From: Candidatus Poribacteria bacterium
Lineage (GTDB): Bacteria > Poribacteria > WGA-4E > WGA-3G
NCBI GenBank assembly: GCA_965205015.1
Contig: OZ242029.1
Coordinates: 672,001-736,000 of the forward strand
Direction: 5' to 3'
Length of the DNA stretch: 64,000 nt
Shown here in pieces: positions 38,230 to 45,422 of the stretch (the first letter of the stretch is position 1; every line of letters begins with the position of its first letter). The position numbers were made by a program, and so were the translations under genes. Under the pieces are notes generated by a model that ran no database searches, had not been told where the DNA came from, and was given only the letters and a program-made list of their open reading frames with translations.

Positions 38230-39570
38230 ATGAAAAACGTGATAAGGTTCTCAGTTTTAATAGGGATTCTCGCCAACGTGATCCTTGGCTGTGATATGGA
38301 TAGCGAGGAAGAAGTCAGAGACCTGGATCCAGTCCAGTTCGTTTCAGCGGACCCACCCAGTGGCAGTACACTCCTATCAAACGCACCTATCACAGTTTCG
38401 TTCGACGGCATCCCAGAGGACCTGATCGTGCCGCAAGGCGTAGTTTCTCGATCTGCCCGGACCCGCAAGACTGTCATCATATCGGGACCCTTTACTGTCG
38501 GTGAACTCACACTTACAATGAAATGGAAAGACGGCGCACACACGCTCGTCTATACAGTTGAGCCTGTCCCTGTCAAGTTTGTTTCTGTGAATCCCCCGGA
38601 CGGGAGCCTGTTATTGCCAGATGCACTCATTACCGTTTCATTTGATGGAGAGCCGAAGAATTTGAGCGTGACACCCGGAAAAGTCAGTGTCTCTGGCAGG
38701 ATAGCCACTATACCGGGTCCTTTCCCACGAGGAGAACTCACCCTTGAAATGAAATGGGACAGTGGGACACACACGCTCGCTTATACAGTCGAATTCGCCG
38801 TGCCAGAAGGAATGTCCCTGATTCCCGAAGGTGAGTTTGAGATGGGTAGCGATACAGCTGAGGCGAACGACGATGAACGTCCTGTCCACACCGTTTATGT
38901 AGATGCGTTTTACATGGACAAACATGAAGTGACAGTTGGCGAATATCGGGAGTTTGTTCAAAAAACGGGACATCGCGCCCCGGACTGGGACAAGGTTTCT
39001 CGCTATTCGCCGACCGATCAGTCTCCGATCGTTTTTGTGAGTTGGCACGATGCGATGGCGTATGCGAAGTGGAAAGGTAAACGGCTCCCGACGGAAGCAG
39101 AATGGGAGAAAGCGACACGCGGGGGTGTCTCCGGGCGGTCATATCCGTGGGGCAACGCTGCACCGGACGGAACGCAGTGCAACTTCGCCGATAAGAATAT
39201 TGCCCACTTCTGGTGGGCAGATGAAGAGACAGACGATGGTTACGCACACACTGCCCCAGTCGGGAGTTATCCTGACAATGCATACGGTTTACACGATATG
39301 GCTGGAAATGTGTGGGAGTGGTGTCTCGATGAATACGACCCCGGTTTCTATGCGATTTCGCCGGACACAAATCCCTTTTCAGAGGTAGACACTATAGAAG
39401 CGATAATTGATACCTTTTCGAGTGTTCAGACCCCACGCGTGTTGCGCGGCGGTTCCTGGCTCGTGACGGTGCTCGGTGTGCGGAGTGCCGTTCGCTTCAG
39501 GCTCGATCCGTCCAGCACGAACAACAGTGTTGGTTTCCGGTGTGCGAAGGATCTGGAGGCTTTACAATAA
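38230..39570 (+). CDS. Lipoprotein with two Ig-like repeats and FGE-sulfatase (SUMF1) domain
   Basis: Lipobox ILGC; duplicated PV.FVS..PP.GS.LL; F.MGS, RLPTEAEWE, DMAGNVWEW, RGGSW, GFRC. Confidence 0.9.
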   Translation: MKNVIRFSVLIGILANVILGCDMDSEEEVRDLDPVQFVSADPPSGSTLLSNAPITVSFDGIPEDLIVPQGVVSRSARTRKTVIISGPFTVGELTLTMKWKDGAHTLVYTVEPVPVKFVSVNPPDGSLLLPDALITVSFDGEPKNLSVTPGKVSVSGRIATIPGPFPRGELTLEMKWDSGTHTLAYTVEFAVPEGMSLIPEGEFEMGSDTAEANDDERPVHTVYVDAFYMDKHEVTVGEYREFVQKTGHRAPDWDKVSRYSPTDQSPIVFVSWHDAMAYAKWKGKRLPTEAEWEKATRGGVSGRSYPWGNAAPDGTQCNFADKNIAHFWWADEETDDGYAHTAPVGSYPDNAYGLHDMAGNVWEWCLDEYDPGFYAISPDTNPFSEVDTIEAIIDTFSSVQTPRVLRGGSWLVTVLGVRSAVRFRLDPSSTNNSVGFRCAKDLEALQ

Positions 39571-39696
39571 TGTGAGTTCGACTTAAGGATTTCAAGGAAT
39601 TCACCACGATATACCATGTTTCTCAAGGACTTGGAACAGACATATTTAATTGGTGCTTTCCAAACACATCCCGTTGAAGGAGATTTTGCCGTGAAC

Positions 39697-42600
39697 ATGC
39701 GAGTCAAACGTTTCTTTTTCATACTCACCCTCTTATTGAGTTTTTTGCCGCTGGGTTTTGCCCAAGATCTACTACCGAGGCCGATAGTACGGATCATCTA
39801 CTTTTCTCCAAATGACCGCGCTCCGCAGCCAGACATAGATGAAAAGATAGATAGGTTAATAAAGGATGTGCAGGCATTTTACGCACAACACATGGAAAAC
39901 CACGGGTTTGACAGAAAAACTTTTCTGCTTGAAACCGACGCACAGGGAAAAGCTATCGTCCATCACGTGAAGGGCCGGTTCAACCACACATATTATCAGA
40001 ATAACTGGAGGAAAGCTGAGAGAGAATCTCTTGAACAGTCTGACAGACGAAACGCCTCTATCAATTTTATTGTGTTAGATGTAAACCTCGAAGGAATAAC
40101 GCCATGCGGTGGGGGCAGTGGAAATGGGCATGTTGGAAGAGCATTTGTTACCACCCAACCAGATTGTTTTAACGTTCCAATTATTGCGCATGAACTCGGG
40201 CACGCCTTTGGACTCTGGCACGATTACCGCCCCGTTGGCGGCAACTGGAAACGTGCCTTAGGTATCAGGGACCCTATGATAACATCTTTGTGCGCTGCGG
40301 AGTGGTTGGATGTGATTTCCGCCTTTAATGCCCCCCAAACCCCGTTCAATCAGAGAACAACAATTGAGATGCTTGGGCCGCCAACCCTCGTGGCAGCCCC
40401 GAACACCTTCCGTTTCCGCTTTAAAGTGCAAGATTCGGATGGCCTCCATCAGGTGCAACTGCACATGCGGGATCCCTTGATTGGACACGCTGGTGACTCT
40501 TTGTTGGATTATAAGGGATTAAAAGGAGTCCGCAGCAGTACCCTTGAATTTGTTAGCAGTATCCTACTGGGGCCGACGACGCATGGTGTAGTGATTGAAA
40601 GCATTGATGTGCATGGATACACACAATCCCAGAATTATCCAGTTGACCTGACTCCGCTATTTCCTCCGCCTGAAGTTGTGTCTATACCAGATGCGAATTT
40701 GGCATCGGCAATCCGGCGAGAGATTGGCAGTTCAATCACGACGCGCACGCTGCTGAATTTAACCTCTCTTGCTCTCCCTACTCGCAGAATAACAGATCTT
40801 ACCGGTCTTGAACATGCACACAATCTACTCAGCTTAAATCTTAGGCGTCAGCACATTGGTGGAGAGGGGTTTTCGGTATTAGATTTGTCACCGATTGGAA
40901 ATTTACCCCGACTGTCACGGCTGGACCTTTCTCACAATTCCCTCACGGATGTCGCACCCCTCTCGGGATTAACATCACTGAGAGAACTGTGGCTTTCTGA
41001 CAACAATATCACGGATGTCGCACCCCTCTCCGAATTAACATACCTGACACGACTGTGGCTTTCTGACAACAATATCACGGATGTCGCACCCCTCTCCGAA
41101 TTAATACAACTGAGAGAACTGTGGCTTGATGGCAACAATATCGCTGATGTCGCACCCCTCTCGGGATTGACACAACTCACAGAACTGCGGCTTTCTGGCA
41201 GAAATATCACGGATGTCGCACCCCTCTCAGGATTAACACAACTCACAGAGCTGGAGCTTCCTTACAGCAATATCACGGATGTCGCACCCCTCTCAGGATT
41301 AACACAACTGAAATACCTAAGGCTTTCTTACAGCAATATCACGGATGTCGCACCCCTCTCAGGATTAACACAACTGAAATACCTGGGGCTTCATCGCAAC
41401 AATATCACGGATGTCGCACCCCTCTCCGAATTAACACAACTGAAATACCTAAAGCTTTCTGACAACAATATCACGGATGTCGCACCCCTCTCCGAATTAA
41501 CACAACTCACAGAACTGCGGCTTTTTGGCAACAATATCGCTGATGTCGCACCCCTCTCCGAATTAACACAACTGACAAGGCTGTACCTTGATGGCAACAA
41601 TATCGCTGATGTGACACCCCTCTCCGAATTAACACAACTGAAATACCTATGGCTTCATCGCAACAAAATCACGGATGTGACACCTCTCTCGGGATTGACA
41701 CAACTCACAGAACTGTACCTTGCTGACAACAATATTACTGATGTGGCACCCCTCTTGGGATTAACACAACTGATAGAACTGAGGCTTCAGACTAACCCAC
41801 TGGGCTATGCCTCTATCCACACACACATTCCTGCCATGCAGGCAAAAGGGATCCCAATCCGTTTTCACAATGTTGTGCATCCCGCACTCCTGAAGGTCTC
41901 AGGCGATGCACAGACAGGATCGGTGGGGAATCCTCTGGCAGCTTTTATTGTCGAAGCACAGGATGAACGCGGCCAGCCAATGCCTGACGTACGCGTCAAG
42001 TTTGCAGTTGAGGCAGGTGGAGGCACGCTCAACCCAACAATCACTGCGACCGATGCCGATGGCAAGGCACAAACAATCTTGACACCCGGATGGACTCCTG
42101 ACACGACTACTATTCGCGCAACTGCCACAGGTATTACAGCATACGTCCGTTTTACAGCGACCGCCACCGTGCTGACAGATCGCCGTGCTGAAGATGTCAA
42201 TGCGGACGGTGTTGTTGATGTGGAGGACCTCGTCCTTGTGGCATCCAGTTTCGGGGCGGTGCCGACTCCCAGCACGCTTCCCGATACGGACATCAACGAT
42301 GACGGCGACATCAATCAAGAAGATGTCGAATTGGTTTTAGCGGCACTTGAGGCAGCACCCGCTGCGCCTTCCCTGGATACGCAGTGGACTGTATCAAGCC
42401 TTCAGCGGTGGATCGCAGAAGCGAAGCAACGGAATATAGGTGATGCTACTTTTCAGCGAGGCATAAAAATACTTGAGAAACTGCTCGCAGATTTGCTCCC
42501 GAAACAGACACTACTTCTCGCCAACTATCCGAACCCGTTCAACCCGGAGACGTGGATACCCTATCAACTGTCAGAACCAGGAGATGTGATAGTGCATATC

Positions 42601-42795
42601 TATGGGGTGAACGGCGTATTAGTGAGGACGTTGGGATTGGGGCATCAACTTGCGGGAACGTATCAAAGCCGGACGCGCGCGGCGTATTGGGACGGACACA
42701 ATCAACTGGGGGAACCTGTGGCAAGTGGTGTCTATTTCTATACATTGTCTGCCGGCGATTTCACGGCGACGCGGAAGATGTTGATACGGAAGTAG
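39697..42795 (+). CDS. Secreted metzincin-motif + internalin-like LRR + Ig + dockerin-like + FlgD-Ig protein
   Basis: HELGHAFGLWH; IPDANL cap; 22-aa LRRs; DVNADGVVDVEDL; NYPNPFNPETWIPYQL C-terminal domain; start placed at MRVKRFF. Confidence 0.88.
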   Translation: MRVKRFFFILTLLLSFLPLGFAQDLLPRPIVRIIYFSPNDRAPQPDIDEKIDRLIKDVQAFYAQHMENHGFDRKTFLLETDAQGKAIVHHVKGRFNHTYYQNNWRKAERESLEQSDRRNASINFIVLDVNLEGITPCGGGSGNGHVGRAFVTTQPDCFNVPIIAHELGHAFGLWHDYRPVGGNWKRALGIRDPMITSLCAAEWLDVISAFNAPQTPFNQRTTIEMLGPPTLVAAPNTFRFRFKVQDSDGLHQVQLHMRDPLIGHAGDSLLDYKGLKGVRSSTLEFVSSILLGPTTHGVVIESIDVHGYTQSQNYPVDLTPLFPPPEVVSIPDANLASAIRREIGSSITTRTLLNLTSLALPTRRITDLTGLEHAHNLLSLNLRRQHIGGEGFSVLDLSPIGNLPRLSRLDLSHNSLTDVAPLSGLTSLRELWLSDNNITDVAPLSELTYLTRLWLSDNNITDVAPLSELIQLRELWLDGNNIADVAPLSGLTQLTELRLSGRNITDVAPLSGLTQLTELELPYSNITDVAPLSGLTQLKYLRLSYSNITDVAPLSGLTQLKYLGLHRNNITDVAPLSELTQLKYLKLSDNNITDVAPLSELTQLTELRLFGNNIADVAPLSELTQLTRLYLDGNNIADVTPLSELTQLKYLWLHRNKITDVTPLSGLTQLTELYLADNNITDVAPLLGLTQLIELRLQTNPLGYASIHTHIPAMQAKGIPIRFHNVVHPALLKVSGDAQTGSVGNPLAAFIVEAQDERGQPMPDVRVKFAVEAGGGTLNPTITATDADGKAQTILTPGWTPDTTTIRATATGITAYVRFTATATVLTDRRAEDVNADGVVDVEDLVLVASSFGAVPTPSTLPDTDINDDGDINQEDVELVLAALEAAPAAPSLDTQWTVSSLQRWIAEAKQRNIGDATFQRGIKILEKLLADLLPKQTLLLANYPNPFNPETWIPYQLSEPGDVIVHIYGVNGVLVRTLGLGHQLAGTYQSRTRAAYWDGHNQLGEPVASGVYFYTLSAGDFTATRKMLIRK
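40942..41799 (+). repeat. 13 x 66-bp coding tandem repeat (LRR)
   Basis: ATCACGGATGTCGCACCCCTCTC-like core recurs every 66 bp. Confidence 0.93.
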
Positions 42796-42827
42796 GATGC
42801 AGCAGCGTTTCATTGATGTATCCGAGT

Positions 42828-42856
42828 TTGACAAATATAACGCGACGGTGTACAAT
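42828..42856 (+). promoter_or_regulatory. sigma70-type promoter with extended -10
   Basis: TTGACA-17 nt-(TG)TACAAT upstream of interrupted gene at 42970. Confidence 0.7.
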
Positions 42857-42997
42857 TTAACAAAGCCATTTGGAGGAATCTCCTGCTCAATATTAACCTC
42901 AGCTAACGTTTCGGTTCTAAACTGAGCTCATATTAATCACGCGCAGTATTTAGGAAGAAGGGGATAAAAATGAATGCAACTATTGAATCAACGATAG

Positions 42998-43276
42998 GTC
43001 AGTGACCCAAACCTAAAGGATTGGGACCTGTCCACTACGCCAACCAAGGCTATAGGGTGGACGAGGGCAACTCATTGACTACCGTAAAATATCGCAGATA
43101 CAGGAGTTGTGGTAGACTCCAACTATGTCAAGAAAACGCTATACCGAACTGGTAGTAGGTATAGTTAAGGATACTCCCCTCGTCTTTGTCCACTTGGTAT
43201 CTGTGATCGGGAAGGGGCAACATATACCCGCTATTAGCGGAGGGTCTCCGAAAGGTCATTACCTGTTTTCTTGACA
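42998..43276 (+). ncRNA. omegaRNA / HEARO-like structured RNA scaffold
   Basis: GTCAGTGA pairs with TCATTGAC (43072-79); ATCGCAGATAC/GTATCTGTGAT; GGATACTCCCCTCGTC loop complementary to downstream AGGGG; layout recalls HEARO/omegaRNA. Confidence 0.65.
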
Positions 43277-43484
43277 GCACCGGGTCAGGTCAAAGTAAGT
43301 TCTGGTGACAGCAGAAACGAAACGAAGCAGCCTACTGGGAAGAATCGCCAAAGCAGCACCGTGGCGAAAAAACGGACTGCACTTTTCTAGAAGTTTCTTT
43401 TTTTAACCTGGACCTTTGGTCCTTTCCAAGAGGGCGGATTTTCCTCCCAAACTTAAAAGTTTGGGTTTCCAATCCGTAAATCTG
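42998..43484 (+). mobile_element. Non-autonomous IS200/IS605-type (IscB/OMEGA-like) element without ORF
   Basis: Subterminal hairpins CCCAAACCTAAAGGATTGGG (43006-25) and CCCAAACTTAAAAGTTTGGG (43446-65); starts GTCA, followed by ATGA; no target duplication; boundary ambiguous by one G. Confidence 0.8.
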
Positions 43485-43712
43485 ATGAATTAACAACCGA
43501 TCCGAAAACACCCTCGGAAGGGAAGCAGATGATCCCTCATATCGCAACAGAACAAGCAGATTCAAAACAAATAGCACTTATGGACTATGCCGAGGAACAA
43601 CTTCGGAAATTAGCAACTTCTCGCGGATTAGATTGGGAGGCTATGACCGATGAGGACCGCATAGATTTTGTTGATAACCTCGTCCACGAGGACCGTAAAT
43701 AAGGAGTTAATA

Positions 43713-44741
43713 ATGAAAGAAGTCAAGGTAGGTATTGTTGGGTGTGGTGGTATTGCCGGAGGTAAACACCTTCCGGGTCATAAAGGCGTCAAAGGCGTTT
43801 CGATTATCGCCGCGTGTGACATCGACGCAGCCCGTGCGAAAGCGTTCGCCAAAAAGCACGACATCCCACACGTTTTCAGCGATTACGAGGAATTAGCGGC
43901 AATGGATGAGTTGGATGCGGTGAGCGTTTGTACACCGAACAACTTCCACGCCGGTCCAACGATCGCGGCGTTGAAGGCGGGAAAACACGTTATCTGTGAA
44001 AAGCCGATCGCTGCTAATGCGGTTGATGGACAAGCGATGGTGGATGCGCAGAAAGCGAGTGGTAAAGTTCTACAGATCGGGTTACAATCTCGATTCCGTG
44101 CTGAGGCGCGCACCCTCCGCAAACTCTACGATGAAGGCTTTTTCGGAGACATCTATTATGCCCGTGCCATGTCAATGCGGCGGCGTGGGGTGCCTGCTTC
44201 ACCCTCTTTTCTGAGTAAAGCCATCGCAGGCGGCGGACCGTTGATTGACATCGGTGTGCATATCCTTGATGTGTTGCTCTGGATGATCGGTTGCCCGAAA
44301 CCGATTGAGGCGTTCGGGATGACAGCAACGAAGTTTGGACATAAAGAGAATGTCATCAACCCGTGGGGCAAATGGGATCCTGAAGATTTTGAAGTAGAAG
44401 ATTTCGCGATGGGCACTGTCCGCTTTGAGGGGGACCTGACGGTGACCTTGGAGACGGCATGGGCATCGCATATTGAGAACATCGGTGGGACGTTCTTTAT
44501 GGGGGATTTAGCCGGTGCGACCTATGAACCGCTTCAGATTTATCTTGATAAGAAAGATGAGATGGTGAATTATACACCGAAACTTCTTACCGGATTACCG
44601 AGTGAATTTGAATCGTTCCACACGGCTATTCGAGAAGGGTTGCCGTCTCCTGTTCCTGCTGAAGAGGTATTGAACGTCGCGAAAATCTTCGATGCGCTCT
44701 ACGAATCGGCGCGGATCGGTCGTTCCGTCCCGATTTTTTAA
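43713..44741 (+). CDS. Gfo/Idh/MocA family oxidoreductase
   Basis: VGIVGCGGIA, HVICEKP, GGGPLIDIGVH; SD AAGGAG before ATG 43713. Confidence 0.93.
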   Translation: MKEVKVGIVGCGGIAGGKHLPGHKGVKGVSIIAACDIDAARAKAFAKKHDIPHVFSDYEELAAMDELDAVSVCTPNNFHAGPTIAALKAGKHVICEKPIAANAVDGQAMVDAQKASGKVLQIGLQSRFRAEARTLRKLYDEGFFGDIYYARAMSMRRRGVPASPSFLSKAIAGGGPLIDIGVHILDVLLWMIGCPKPIEAFGMTATKFGHKENVINPWGKWDPEDFEVEDFAMGTVRFEGDLTVTLETAWASHIENIGGTFFMGDLAGATYEPLQIYLDKKDEMVNYTPKLLTGLPSEFESFHTAIREGLPSPVPAEEVLNVAKIFDALYESARIGRSVPIF

Positions 44742-44750
44742 TTTACCCTG

Positions 44751-44901
44751 CGGGCAGGCACAAGACCTGAGGATACGGGTAGGCACAAGACCTGAGGATA
44801 CGGGTAGGCATAAGACCTGAGGATACGGGTAGGCACAAGACCTAAGGATACGGGTAGGCACAAGACCTGAGGATACGGGCAGGCACAAGACCTGCCCCTA
44901 C
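44751..44901. repeat. 25-bp tandem array (5 units plus a complete REP-like palindrome)
   Basis: CGGGYAGGCACAAGACCTGAGGATA x5 then CGGGCAGGCACAAGACCTGCCCCTAC. Confidence 0.92.
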
Positions 44902-44902
44902 T

Positions 44903-45307
44903 TTATGGGTGTGAAGGCTTCTGGTAACTTGCACGTACAACGGTTTTGATGCCGCCACGGATATTAAAATCACCGATAACTTCCGCCTTCTGCGGTTGGC
45001 ACGCTTCAACAAAGTCCTCCAACACCTTATTCACGACGTGTTCATGAAAGATACCAATATCTCGATAAAAAAGGAAGTATTCCTTCAACGACTTCAGTTC
45101 GACACAATGCTGGTCTGGCACGTAGGTAATACAGAGGGTTGCGAAATCCGGGAGTCCCGTTTTAGGACATACCGCAGTGAATTCTAAGTTGGTAATCTCG
45201 ATCGTGTAATCCCGGTGGCTATACTGATTTTCCCATGTCTCGATTGGAGGTGTTTCCAGTTGACGGATATGGGTTTGTAGATCGTCATAGCCGGTACTTT
45301 GGTTCAT
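44903..45307 (-). CDS. queF: NADPH-dependent preQ0 reductase
   Basis: EFTAVCPKTGLPDFA, VELKSLKEY, FHE, RGGI. Confidence 0.96.
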   Translation of the reverse strand: MNQSTGYDDLQTHIRQLETPPIETWENQYSHRDYTIEITNLEFTAVCPKTGLPDFATLCITYVPDQHCVELKSLKEYFLFYRDIGIFHEHVVNKVLEDFVEACQPQKAEVIGDFNIRGGIKTVVRASYQKPSHP

Positions 45308-45422
45308 ATAGTACTTGTCTCCAGAAGATAGCGGTCAGCGTTTAGATGGGAGAAAGGAAGACTCTTGGTTGGAAAACTGGAAGGGTGGGTGCCATCCTTC
45401 CTCCCTTCCTTTCATCCGCCTG

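Larger units (their letters stand above)
42970..43702 (+). pseudogene. Small gene (81 aa when rejoined) interrupted by a 487-bp insertion
   Basis: 42970-42997 joined to 43485-43702 reads MNATIESTI-DELTTDPK...YAEEQLRKLATSRGLDWEAMTDEDRIDFVDNLVHEDRK*; as it stands a TGA follows two codons into the insert. Confidence 0.8.

Noticed and set aside
38738-39370. Long antisense ORFs (also 53455-54084, 35532-36071, 20801-21328)
   Set aside because: Shadow frames of well-supported genes with no recognisable motifs
40942-41799. CRISPR or DGR template/variable repeat
   Set aside because: In-frame 66-bp coding LRR units; variation is not adenine-specific and no reverse transcriptase is present
42998-43484. 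Group I intron / IStron
   Set aside because: Upstream exon would end in A or G rather than the U needed for the P1 U-G pair, and I could not identify P7 core motifs; ends fit IS200/IS605 better
43332-43577. 81-aa minus-strand ORF as a transposase or IscB remnant
   Set aside because: No HUH, RuvC or HNH motifs; it straddles the element boundary
44751-44901. CRISPR array
   Set aside because: Units are head-to-tail with no unique spacers; no cas genes in window
45308-45422. preQ1 riboswitch upstream of queF
   Set aside because: Region is occupied by an octamer-arm palindrome; no preQ1 consensus recognised
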